Assembly: GCA_001643675.2 (NCBI GenBank)
Contig: LSRY02000023.1
Coordinates: 1,116,001-1,180,000, forward strand
Length of the DNA: 64,000 nucleotides
DNA from: Monocercomonoides exilis PA203
Lineage: Eukaryota; Protista; Preaxostyla
Reading direction: 5' to 3'
The notes beneath the pieces are model-generated. The model did not search any database. It saw only the letters and a list, made by a program, of their open reading frames with translations, and had not been told where the DNA came from. Below, in pieces: positions 24,418-37,600 of the stretch (position 1 is the stretch's first letter; every line of letters begins with the position of its first letter). A program made the position numbers and the translations under genes.

Positions 24418-25213
24418 TTATATCGCATCAACCTTCGCGATGGCTTCAAAACTTTCGGGTTTTTCATCGTCAAATGCTCCTTCGCCTTGAATGAATCTTT
24501 TCATTGTTTCAAGAAGTTCATTTTCGCTAATCCAACAATCATGGCTTATCTTCTTTAAGAAAATAACTTCTGATTGATTAATAACGATTAGCGGTACCCC
24601 AAGCAATTTTGACCACCAGCTATTTTTAAAGGGCAAATCGCGCAGTGTTTTCATTGCGATAGCGACAGCACATAGTATAAGCGTTCCAAGGTTGGATTCG
24701 CTGATGACTGTTGGTTTTCCTTTTTGTTTATCAATATTTTCTTGATGAATAAGCCGACGAATTAGAATCACTGCTGAAAAAAGCTCTCCAATAGTTATCC
24801 TTGAATGACGTTTTATGGCATCGAAAAATTGCTTTATTCTTTTTGATAAATCCGTTCCTTCTTTTGTGAAGATATATTCTTGAGTCGAAGCAGAAAGTTC
24901 AACAATTGATGGTAAAAAACTTGAAAGACAAAATGCTATTCCGTCGGAAGCTGCGCTAATGCAGGCGTCGTCCACGTGCTCCGAAACGAAGCTCAAATTC
25001 GATATCCCTTCATCAATATATATAAATTCGGAGAGTTGCTGTTTCAGGAAATAAGCATATTGATATCCTTTTTCCCCTTTTGTCATATTCGTTTCGTTAA
25101 ATGTACTCTTTTCTCTGTAGAGAAAAAAAAAATAATTCATATTTATTCCAAATAATTTTTTATCGGAATAAATTTAAATTATCACACTTCACATAAATTG
25201 GATAAGAAGTCAT
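24418..25213 (-). CDS. Pho80/P-type (cyclin U-like) cyclin
   Basis: Cyclin box LFSAVILIRRL...ISESNLGTLILCAVAIAMKTLRD..FKNSWWSKLLGVPLIVINQSEVIFLKKI. A short first exon (MTSYPIYVK) splices in frame through a GT...TACAG intron. Confidence 0.85.
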
Positions 25214-25485
25214 TCTTCCGTAATCTGTTGTAACATGAGTATTAGATTGTAAAGTGAATTGCATTGACAATTGTTATTATCTATAGCAAAAGTTATTTAC
25301 AAGAAAATGTTATATTTATTGTATTAAGGGTAATTCCTTTCCGTTTATCACAAAATAAAGGGAACGGAAATAAGAAAAATGAAATATCGAATAAATTGTT
25401 GGAATGCATGTTAATTTTATACATATAATAAAATGATTATCTCAAAATATTTCTATCTCCGAATTTTTGAAGAATTCAAGTTTTC

Positions 25486-28097
25486 TTAAATATCAAGAAA
25501 AAAAGAAATAAATAGAAGAATAATTGTTGGGAGTTGAGAAACTAATTTGAAAGGAAGCTGCCTCCATTCCACAATCGCTTTCGCATCATAACCTTTCTTT
25601 TTCATTTTGTTGAGTTTGCGCAGATGAGCAATGGGATCTGTGAAACGTTTCAGCCATTCGCATTGATCGATCAAAATAAATCCTTTGTTCACTTCTGTTG
25701 TTATAGTGCCATCACTAGAAGCAGAACAACCAAGATATTGAGAGGAAAGAATAACATGTTCTGGTTCTCTGAAATCTTCCTGGTTGTTTTTAGATTCGAA
25801 AGGATCCATTGAAACACTGAAGTGGATGTTAAATGACTTTTTGTTTGTTATTCTGAATGCTAAAGATGAGGCAATAGAAATGTTGGGAGAAAGAAGAGGA
25901 GATAAAATATCTGGTGAATAATGGTGCTGTTGAGTCATTTCACAATCGAATTGGAGAAGATGCTGATTTTGCTTTGGTGAAGATAAATTTTTTTTATTTG
26001 AATTAGAAGAAGGAAATTGAAGAGGAAAAGATATCGAGTGAATGAAAGAGCTGTCAGATGAAAAGGGCTTTGGTGGATGTGTGGATGAAGAAGGCAAACA
26101 AGAAGCAGAAGGCAAAAAACAAGATGGAGAATTAGATTGGAGAGCAAATAAACTTGAAATAGAATCTTCAAAAGGTTTGTCCGTGTGTGATATTGAAGAT
26201 GTTGAGTCTGATAAAATTTCTCTTTCTTCTTCTTTTTGATGAAATGAAATAAAATTTGAAGAGTTTTGTGGAATGGAATCTTCATCTTGATAATCAAACC
26301 GTTCACAATTTGTTGTGTTTGATTCTTTTATCTTGTGTTTTGAGTCAAAAGGTAAAGAATATTTGTTTCTAATTGCATTTTCAACCGAAGCATCAGAATC
26401 ATCATTTTGAAAAATGTGTTGTTCGCTGCCTTCTTCATCATCACCATCATCATCATCATCATCTTCTTCTTCTTCTTCTTCTTCTTCTTCTTCTTCTTCT
26501 TCTTTCTCTTCTTCTTTGATATCCTTATTAGACAAGTTCCTCTTTGATGCTTTCTTTCTTTTTGCTTTTTCCACTCCAATAAAATAGATTTGTAGGTCAG
26601 ACAATTCCTTTCTCTTTTCTTTCTTCCTCATTTTCTGCTCGCATTTAGCTATCAGCAGCAGAATCCTCTTCTTTTCATCTCTTGTCATCCCTCTGCTCCT
26701 CCCTTCTCTCAGTCTGTTCTCCAGCTCTTCCAATGTATTCTCTACTTCTCTATGTTCATTCTTTTCCTTTCCTTCCATCTTCTCATTCTCCTTTTTGTTT
26801 ATCTTTTCTTCTTCCATTTCCCACATTTTTTTCTCCTCTTCATCGTCTATCCAATCTTTCCTCAGCCATTCCCCAAACTGCTTTTTGTACTTCTTCGCTT
26901 CGCGAATCTGCTTCTTCACTCTCAAAATGCGTTTTTCTGGTAAAGATCTGCCTTTAAAATTTTTTGATTCGCATTTCTCGTCTAATTCTTCTTTTCTCTC
27001 TCCGACTTCCCTTTCATTTTCATCCACTTCAAATACTTCTGTTGAATCTGTCATTGTTGCAACTGCGTGTGTGGAAGTCGAGATCAGCTGTTGGTCCATC
27101 GTGTCTTCTTCCTTCCATCTCTTCAGCAGTTGGCTTTTCTGGTATTGCGCTATCCCTGACTCCTTCGCTCCATCCACATCCATCTCCAAGTCGCGGAAGT
27201 GGCTTCCGTTTTTAGAGGAATCGCACCTCCACCTGGAAAGGGATGTGGCTAATCCTTGTCGCTCATTTTCGAGTGAATGTGTAGATGCAGATGTGCTGTG
27301 AGAAGAGAGTGAGCTGTTGTCTGACAAAGAGCTGCCGGCAGTTTCGTCTATTTTCGACGAGTTTTGTTGATTTCGGATATTTTTGGATGATATCATTAAC
27401 TCGTTTTCCATTTCCAAAAGGAGTTTGTTCAAAGGAAAAATTCTTGATAATTCTTCATCCTTATCGAAATTTGGTACTTTGCGTTTATAATTATTAGCCT
27501 TTAATTCTCTGCCTTTTTCAGTTGCATTTGATGGTATTACGCAAGCTATATCATTTGATATTTTACCTCTTAAAATCAATTTCGAAAACATATTAGTAGA
27601 GGTGCATTCTCTGGATAATGTTCTCCTGTTTATGTTTTCAGGAATATCCAAATTTTTCAAAGATTCTTGCGCCAATAAAGAATCCCGAGGAGTTGATGTT
27701 ACGAAAGATAGTTTTTGGACATGTGTTGTGGATTTTTTGTGTAAATGACAAATACTACTTCCTGAGCCTTGTCTAGAATTAAATGAAGATTGATTTTCGC
27801 GAGTTTTTGCAAGTCCTGAGAAAACAGTTGGGTGAATTGCATCTGCATCCAAAGAAAAAGGAGATGATGAAGCAAGTGTCGTAAATGATGTTGTGTATGA
27901 ATTAATTGCCTCGATGTTTGGTTGTTTCTTTTGTATAATTTTGTGAGATAATTGAAATGTGTTGTTAAAACCCTCGGAATCCTATAAAATAAAATACGTA
28001 TACAACGCAAAATATTGACAACAAAAATCTTTTCAAAAAATGTTTGTACGTTGGTCCAATGATACTTCTGTCTTTGAAACGACTCAGGAAAGTTCAT
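25486..28097 (-). CDS. Hypothetical ~850-aa protein with coiled-coil/acidic middle and possible AMPK-beta ASC-like C-terminus
   Basis: 788-aa ORF that extends upstream to a TATAG acceptor (~27983), with a plausible first exon from ATG 28097. The 3' end may be spliced. The domain call is tentative. Confidence 0.6.
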
Positions 28098-28723
28098 TCT
28101 AAAGCTTCTCGCATTAAATTGATAAGATAAAAATAAGAAATATATATATTGATAATACAAAATATCAATAATAGATACTTTGTGCATCAGTATTTTGCTA
28201 GAAAAATTAAAATTGTCGATTTAAAAATAAGCGCAAATATTAAATTAAATATGGGGAACTAAAAAGAAATAGAAAATATTCATTAACTTTTTATGTTCAA
28301 ACCTCATCATATAATTTCTAGTTTGTTGATGTGAAATGTCTATATGCATTTTTTTTTTTTTTTTTATTTTATTAATTTTTTTTTTATTCAAAAAATTTAT
28401 TTTTGTTAATTGCAATTCTTTAATATCAAATGTTATTCTTTTAAAATTTCATATTAAAGAATTGTTCTAAAGTGAATTTTGAAAAAAAGAAGAAGAATTG
28501 AAAGAATTCTTTTAATTACAAAGGAGTTTGAAGATTTTTGTTAACGATGAATTACAATTGAAAATTTGAAGTCTTTTTCTTAAAAAATTTTGGAAAAAAA
28601 TGAGAAAACAGTTTGAGAGATCTTATTGAATGTCATAAATTATTTTTTGAATTGAAAAGTTTATTTTGTATAGTCACTTATGAAATTTTAAATATTTTTT
28701 GAAAAAAAGGTCTCTTTTTTTAT

Positions 28724-29088
28724 TATTGGGTGGTCCATATCTCTTTGCAAAAATAATAAAAAATGGGAAACACAAAATGAATTATCAAAAAATTCACGAT
28801 ATAACTGGATTTTTTTACGTAAATCGGTCTGAATAATGATCAAATATGTGATAAACTTCAATTTGTTGTTGTTGGGGCTTCCGGATATTCGAACTATACA
28901 TACCTTGAAAACAAAAATTATTCGAAATATTTCAACAGATATGATTTTTCAAGTGTTTGATTGTTGGATAACATGATTGCAATTAATTACGACTCATAAT
29001 GGTTTTTATTTTTACGAAAGATTTTTTGACACATCATTTTAATTACAATAATAAATAATTTTTACAAAATATTTGTGACCACCCTATA
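28724..29088. mobile_element. Degenerate MITE-like element with Tc1/mariner-style termini
   Basis: Left end tattgggtggtccatatctctttgcaaaaa matches the reverse complement of the right end, tatagggtggtcacaaatattttgtaaaaa. An inner pair is aaaatgaattatcaaaaa / tttttgacacatcatttt. TA at both ends; non-coding. Confidence 0.55.
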
Positions 29089-31479
29089 AATATCTATTTT
29101 CAATTTTCAAAACATCAAAAACTCAGAAGCCTTAAATATGTGAAAATATTGTTATAGATTAATTCCCATTCTTGTGATATAAGGAAATTAGAATTTTATT
29201 ATGTTATTATTTTTAATGTTTAATAATTGATCTGGAAAATGAAACAAAAATGACTTTTCAAAATTTTGAAGAAATTAAATTTAAACTTGACATTCATACA
29301 AAAAATGAATGAATTTGAAAAACATTAAAAGATTCATGTTTTTTTTGCAACAAGTGATGAAAGAAAATGATGTTGAAATTTGATATTATTTCGTACGGTT
29401 CTGACTGTTCGTTTCAATCGATCATATTGAAATATCAAATGAGTGTCCTGATATGCGTTCTGGAATTTTTTTTTCTTTCTTGTTCTTTTTTTTCTTTTCT
29501 TTTCTTTTTTTTTCTTTTTTTCCCCCTATTCAATGAAACACTATGAAAAAAGACTAAAATTTAAATGAATGGGGGTAAATTCGAACTTTCAAGCTTTTTT
29601 TTTGCACAAAGCAAGAAAAAATGCTTCACTTATAACTTTGTTTCGCTTTCTCTGATTTCTTTATAAATTTGATTTTCATATTCGTAAACAGGCATCGTTG
29701 AAATCAAAACATAAAGAATTGTGTCATTTCACATATCTCAAAAAACCGATCCATTTTTATTATGTTTTTTTATCACAAAATGATAAAGAAAAGTGCACAA
29801 TTTTTCAATGAAAATGCATGAAGCGAAATATTTTGCCCCAAATGAGAAATCAATATTCTGTAATTTATCATTTAAAAAAATTTTCTGTTTCTGAAAATAG
29901 AATCTGATTAATAATTAACACACACAAAATTTAATGTTTTCAAAAATGAAAACAAATAAAATAGTTTATTAATAAACTCTTTTGAAAGAATAAAATTGCA
30001 CAAATCAAATAAAAAAAACAGCTAGTGTTATTATTAATTCCTCACTTTTTTTGAAACGTATATTGTGTAAGATTGCTAAGTTTAATGAAATAAGATAACA
30101 CTGATTTGCTTGAAAAAAATTCAAAAATGAGAAATGATTGAGGGATTGTTTCAGAAAATGATCAAAATATGTGGAGTTGTTAGAAAAAAAATAAGTGATA
30201 ATAATTGAATCCATGCAATTACTGTTTACGACTTCGGATTGAAAATTCACTTTGAATATCAATAAATGAACACTGAAAAGTTATTTCTCCTTTCAAAGAA
30301 AATTTTTTCATAAACATTATTTTATACTTTGTCTTTTTTAACAATATAAATGCATTTTTCATTTGAAAGCAAAATTACAACCAAAGAAATCAAATCTTGT
30401 TTGAATCAACACTCTGAGAAAAATTATGATTTCAAAAGAATCATTCAGATGCAGAACAATTGACTTTTTTCAGAAAAACATAACTTTAATTTTTTTTTAA
30501 AAAATCAAATAAATGAATATTTTAAAAGAATACTGATAAACAATGCAACCAATTTATAATTTTTTTCTTTGAAAAAAAAATTTTTTTTTTGATTATTTTT
30601 GATTGGAACATTTCAGAACAATTGCAACTCGGTTAATGCACAAGATACGACCGGTCACAAAATTGTCATATGTCACAGCAATGATAACAACATATTGTGC
30701 ACATAAGTTTTTTTCTGATGATTGTGTGCGGAAACTGTGAAATATCTTATTTTCGATTTTCTTGAAAATTCCGAATCCTGTTCAATTTTTAATGAAATAA
30801 ATGAGTTTTTTAAGGGTTTTTATTTGTTTGCTTTTTTTATCACAGTATTAATGATAGGGCTTTATCCCAAATCAACTTATTGGGGTTTAATTCTGTTGCA
30901 TAAATTGCTCAATTTTTTTTATATAAAAATTATTTAACATTGATCAAAAAAATGCTCTGTTTAAATTGGGGACAAATAAAATTGAATATGTTCAAAGCAT
31001 ATTTGAGTGCATTCTTGTAGTATTTCAGTTATTAATTTGTTTATTTTGATTATTGTTGAATATAATTGATGTTAAAGAATTTATGATCAACACCTATTTA
31101 GAGGGAAATAACAATTTGATTCATTTGAAAATAATAGTTTCCGCACAAAAGAAAGAAAGAATAACATTGTGAAACAGAAAACAACCACGTTACAATCATT
31201 CATACAAATTTTTATTAACGGTCGTATATTGTGCAATTACCTGCAACTCATCATTTTCTGAAAAACTTTTTTTCAATTAACGAGATATTGTAAATGAGAT
31301 TGAAAATGTGTGTTTTTTTGACAAAAGACAGAAAAAAAGCACAAAAAATTAAAAATTTCTCATGCTTGATACTTTTTCTCCTTATTTCCGAAAGAAAGTT
31401 CAGAAAAAAAATGAGCTCATAATATATTTTTTATTTTCTTCTAAAAATGGAAATAAAGTGATCTTAGTAGAAAGAAAGA

Positions 31480-33180
31480 ATGAGTATTCTACCAAATATT
31501 TTCAAACAAGAATCTGAAATACCACCAGAGTATAGATTAGAACGTCCAATTTCTGTCACACATTACTTATGCGATGGAAAGCTTGTTGAATTTCATGGTG
31601 AAACTACAAAAGTATTTATTCTTTTTATTTCTTGTTTAATTGAATTTCTCATTTAATAAAATGTTATTCAAATTTAAAAGGTCACATCTCCAATATGCGA
31701 ACAAGTGGATGGAAAATGGGTTCCAACTTTTATTGGAACAACTCCGAATATGACTGATGAACAAGTTGTCTCATGCTTGGATGCCGCTGTCCGTGCATAT
31801 TCAAATGGCGCAGGAGCATGGCCAACAATGCCAATTGAAGGAAGAATTAGACACGTTGAAGCATTTGTCGAAGAACTTATTAAACGCCGATCTTTATTAA
31901 TTAATTTGTTGATGTGGGAAATTTGCAAAAACGTGACAGATGCAACAAAAGAATTTGATAGAACAATAGATTACATTCGTGATACAATTAACGCTTTGAA
32001 GGATCTTGACAGAGGATCTTCTCGCTTTGAGATTAAAGATGACATTGTTGCTCAAATTAGAAGGGCACCGTTGGGTGTTGTCTTGTGTATGGGTCCCTTC
32101 AATTATCCATTTAATGAAACAATGACAACGCTTTTGCCAGCAATTATTATGGGAAATACATGTGTGTTCAAGCCACCAAAACATGGCACAATCATGTTCA
32201 AACCAATTATTGAATGTTTCGCAAAAGCATTCCCAGCAGGAGTCGTTAACTCGATTTTTGGACCTGGAGGAGCAGTTATCACACCCATTATTACAACTGG
32301 AAAAATTGACGTTCTTGCATTTATTGGATCATCTGGTGTTGCTGACAAGATCAGAGTTCAACATCCTCATCCTCATAGATTGAGATGCGTTTTGGGTCTT
32401 GATGCGAAAAATCCGGCTATTATTTGTAAAGATGCAGATTTAGATCTTGCAGCACGTGAATGCGTTCTTGGAGCATTATCATTCAATGGAGAGCGTTGCA
32501 CAGCAATCAAGATAATATTTGTTCACGAGGCTGTGGCAAATGAGTTTGTGGAAAAAGTGTGCAAAGAGGTAGCAAAGTTGAAAGTTGGACTGCCATGGGA
32601 TAAGAAAGAGGATGGTACATACTGCAACATTACTCCACTTCCGGAAAGAGGGAAGGTTGGGTGGATGCAACAAATGACAGAGGATGCAGTTTCAAAGGGA
32701 GCGAAGGTTGTGAATGAACATGGAGGTGACTATAACGAGACATGCTACTCACCAGCTGTTGTATTTCCAGTGACAAAAGAAATGAAGCTCTTCCATGAAG
32801 AACAGTTCGGACCAATTGTTCCTATTTCAGTGTTTAACGATTTGGATGTGCCAATCGAGTTTATTAGAGAATCGAAATTTGGCCAGCAAGTCGCTATTTT
32901 CGGCCGCGATGCAGATGAAATTGCACATCTTGTTGATCCATTGGTGAACCAAGTGTGCCGCGTGAACATCAACTGCCAGTGCCAACGTGGGCCTGATACA
33001 TTCCCATTCACTGGAAGAAAAGACTCCGCTGAGGGCACACTTTCAGTGTCTGATGCGTTGAGATGCTTTTCGATCAGAACGTTAGTGGCAGCTAAGAAGA
33101 CTCCAATGAACACAGCTATTTTGCAGGAAATTGTTCATGATAGAAAAAGTGCTTTCTTGTCTACTGATTTTATTTTTTAA
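31480..33180 (+). CDS. gapN: Non-phosphorylating NADP-dependent glyceraldehyde-3-phosphate dehydrogenase (ALDH11/GapN), bacterial type, one intron (31612-31680)
   Basis: RRAPLGVVLCMGPFNYP, FKPP, AFIGSS, HRLRCVLGLDAKNPAI, SFNGERCTA (catalytic Cys), EEQFGP and RGPDTFPFTGRKDSAEG. Exon 1 (MSILPNIF...GETTK) splices in frame through a 69-nt GT-AG intron. Confidence 0.92.
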
Positions 33181-34662
33181 GCGAGACCGAAAGCACTGAT
33201 GATGCTTTATCATCTTTATAGTTTTGTTTTGTTATGTTTTTAATAATTTTTACATGGATATATTGAAGGAGAGATAAATGTTTGATATTTAAAAATTGTT
33301 ATTTGCTATTTGAAATTTTTAAATTTGAATATGTCCACTTTCTGTATAGTTTTAAGTAGTTATTAAGTATTTATTATGTTTGTAATTCATGTTCTCAATA
33401 TATTGAGATGTTTTATAAGAAGGTTTGAGAACTTGTTAGATTGTAACATGAAAAAATCGCGATAATTGCATCTTTTATTTTGTATTTTTTAATTTAAATT
33501 GTATGAAAAAATTTTTACTATCCAATATAAATTGTGTGAAAGTCAATTTGTTTTGAAATGTCCCAGTTTATTTCAGTTTTTGTGATATATTTATCAAAAT
33601 GCGTTGACATCATAACCAGAGCATGCAGTTTGCATCCTTTTCAAAGAGATCTGAGCAATGCTGTTAATGTTTTAGAGCCTTTGTTATTATCATATTTATT
33701 TCTATTTCTTTTGAATAATTTGTAGTGAGGCATTTCGCAAAAACTAACAAAAAAAGGAAGATAGAAAAAAAAGGCAGATTTGGAAATGAAAATCTTCGAA
33801 AATGAAGATTAAGATGAAATTGCGACATGTCAAGATAATTTCTGATAAAAACCTAATTATCAAACTATCGAAGAGAAATAAATAAAATATTCACTTTGAA
33901 AAGAAGATAAAAAAGACAGTTATTTTATATTTTAAAAATAAAATAACATTTGTATAAATCAAAACAAGATATTACAACTGAAAAAAAGCATTAATTTGGT
34001 GCTGCATATGAAAAAAGCATTATAAATAACAAATCTAAAAAACAACAAAATGACGGCAAGCATCATTTTTTTACACAATAGAAATCGAATGACGAAGAGA
34101 AAGAAAGAAAGAAAGAAAGTGAAAAAGAAAGTACATAAAAATAGGATTATATTGAGCGAGAATTTGAATAGGCAACCAACAATCCGCAGAATTTGTCAAA
34201 AAATCAAAAAATTCAATAAAATAATCCAAAATAATGAAAAAGATAGAAAAAAATGTCTGAAATATGAGAGGATATTCATTATATTTGAATACTGAGAAAA
34301 AGAAAGAAAGAAAAAACGAAAAAAACCACAAATAAAAATCAATTTCTCTTTGAATTAAACAATTTGTAAAGCGAAAGCCGATATGAATACCGATTCACAC
34401 ATATCCACTTCTTTCTCTCTTTTGTAATTTCTCTTCTTTGAAACATAATTACAAATAAGAATTGTATGCGCTTTAGATTTAAAAAATCACTCCTTTTCAG
34501 CAAATGGTGGCTTGAATAGAAGAAATAGCTTCTGGAACATAATAACGAGAAAGGATGATTTAAAAATACCCAACTATCTATATAAATTCCACATTAATCA
34601 ATAAAATACATTATAACACATTCTTTTCTTCTTAGACTTTTCAATTTAAATAATTTCCCCCT

Positions 34663-37600
34663 CTAATGCTTTGGTGGAAGGAAAAGCTCATTCACAACAG
34701 AAGTCTGCTTTCCAACAAACGGCAGCGCCTTTCTGCTCATCCTTCCAGACACCCCCATCACATGCTTCAGTACCCTCCACCTCTTCTCATTGCCCTCATT
34801 CTCTCCATCTCCTTCCTCCACAATCTCAGTGAAGCTGCCAGACTTTATCATCCCCATCGAATCCTTTCCAGACGCACCATGTGCCGCAAAGCTGTCCTGC
34901 TTCTGCGATGAAGCAGCCTGCTCCCAAATAACATCTTCTCCGCTTCCTGTTCCACTGTGCAGCGTAGGTGGCGGAGGAGGTGGAGCATCAATCAGGATCT
35001 GAAGCGATTCTGCTGCTATTAGAGAAGACGAAGACGAGGCACGCTTCATCGAGTCAGGTAGAGTCAGAGTGCAGCCACGCGGTGGAGGCTGAGTGAGCTG
35101 GTAGACACCAGCAGGCACTCCTTCATCAACAGCGATTTCAACCTCTCCGTTGAAAGGTTCAGGCATCTTGATCACCAGATGCACAATGAACTTCATCGGG
35201 AGGATGAGCAAAGAGAAAGCGAAGGTGAATCCCCACAGCTGCGGAGTGATGGGGATGACTGTGAAGGCGTCTCGAAGACCAGGGACAACCATGATGAGCG
35301 CTTGCAGAACGGCAACAATAACCCAAATGACGATGAACATGATGTTTGAGAAGATGCGGTCGAAGAAGTTAACTTCGTTGTAGCACTTTCTGGATGCGAT
35401 CCAGTTGAACATCTGCATCCAGATGAATGTGTTGAAGATGAACGAAAAATGCTCCTCTGAAAACACAGCCACACGCGGATCGAGCAAGAAATGGCGGCAA
35501 AGTGAGTGCGGAAACATCACATGCGAACACTCCACCACATCGTGCGACTCCAACAGCGGGCACCGCACCACATTCCAGTTTGTGTCAACCGAATTGCTTG
35601 CATCTGAATACTTATCTCCCCACAAAAACAGCCCCACTACAATCATAATCATCTCATAGATGGCACCTGACACAATGTTCCGCCACATCGACTTGCAGAT
35701 GATGCTGTCCTTCTTTCCGTACGGCTTCCGCTTCAGCAGCTTCTTCGTGGGCGTTTCTGTTGCCAGCGCTAGCGCAGCCAGTGTGTCCATAATGAGATTC
35801 ACCCACAGCATCTGCACAGCTCTCAAGGGAGTGATGGCGAAGATGGCTCCAAACACAGCAATGATGATGGCAGCAATGTTGACCGTCAGCTGGAACTGGA
35901 TGAACTTCCGAATGGAGTCATACACATTCCTACCCCACATCACCGCTTTCACTATTGATGCAAAGTTATCGTCAGTGATGATGATTGACGATGCATCTTT
36001 AGCCACTTCTGTTCCTGTGATGCCCATCGCAAACCCGACATCTGATTTCGACAATGCAGGAGCATCATTTGTGCCATCACCAGTGACAGCCACCACATGT
36101 CCCAAATCTTGCAGCCCACTTACAAGTGTGTGCTTGTCAATAGGCGATGATCGCGCAAGCACCTGAAGACGAGGCAGCACTCTCTTCCTGTCCTCGTCAG
36201 AAAGAGCACGGAAGACAGGACCTTCCATCGCAATCCCGTTCTGCGGGTCGTAAATGCCGCATTCTTCAGCAATGTGCATGGCAGTGACGATGTTGTCCCC
36301 TGTCACCATCCGCACCACAATATGCGCATCGTGGCAGTCCTGGATGGCAAATGGCACTTCTCTTCGGAGTGGGTCTTTGATTCCTGTGATCCCCAGTAGT
36401 ATCATTTCTGCCTCAGGTGGATTGTCTCCGAAGGGACCCAGCGACTCATCTGCTGCTCCGTCTGTGCCTTCTGTCAGGTTGTGTGAGGATTGGCTGTTGT
36501 ACCCTCCACCAGCTGCTTTGGTTGTTGTCGCTGCTGCAAGTGCTGCATCTCTGTTCGATGCTGTTGAAGCTGTCTCATTGTGGTGCTTCTCGTCGTCTTC
36601 ACTTCCTGTTGCTGACTCATACGCAGACTGGACAATACCAGCTCTTGTGCTTGTGCCCTTTGGAGATCCCTCCACTTGCTCCACTCCTCTCATCAGAAGC
36701 GGATCATTCAACCTACTCAACCTTGCACTCCCCAAAGCTGCTTTCTTCTCCTTCAGCAGCGGCGAGTTCGCATCAATGTCGCGATATGCCAGTGCAATCG
36801 TACGGAGCCCCATAGACGCCATTGTGGTGATCTGCTGATTGATCTCTGTCCGCTCTGCCTCACCGATCTCGACAACTCTTCCGCCACGGTGCATCTTCGT
36901 GCAGAGTGCAGACACAATTTCACTTGCTCCCTTTGTGTGCACACGATATCCATTGCCTTTCTGCAGGATGACTGTCATCCGCTTCCTCTCAGACGAGAAG
37001 GGAAAAGTCTGCACTGCTTTCTCCCGCTTCCTCACATTCGTGTAGTTGACACCTTGTTCAGTGCAGAAGAGAAGCAGAGCACATTCAGTCACATTACCCA
37101 GATAGTCCACGCCTTCTGAGCTGCGGTCAACTTTGATGTTGGCTGAGGAGTTGAGCGAGATGGCTTCAGCTACCATTGAGAAGAACTCAGGTGTCAGACT
37201 GAGTTTGTTGTTGGAACCGTCAGCTGCGTTGGCAGCAGCAGAAGGAGAAGGAGTTTGGCAATGGAATGAGAGATGCACCACTGCGTTGGCAGGCTGCATC
37301 GGATCCAGCTCAATCTCAATGGCGCCTCTGTCGCTGCTGCCACCGTCCAGCAAATTGGCCTCTTCTCCATTTTTGCTCGGACCACTCTGTCTATTTGAGG
37401 GAATGTTTGCTGATTGTGACGACGACGACGACGATGATGATGAAGCAGCGTTATTAGAAGAGGATGAAGAAAAAGAGCCATCAGCATTGCGGCTGTTGTC
37501 GTTGAAGTCCATCCAGTTGTCCACTCTGTTCTTCTGCACATCGCTGCGCATCTCTCCATCGAACCAGCAGTGCGTCACTTTCATCTTGTTCTGTGTGAGT

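Noticed and set aside
9742-33180. Esterase and gapN as bacterial contamination
   Set aside because: gapN has a spliceosomal intron, and both genes are embedded among eukaryotic genes with host-like AT-rich flanks.
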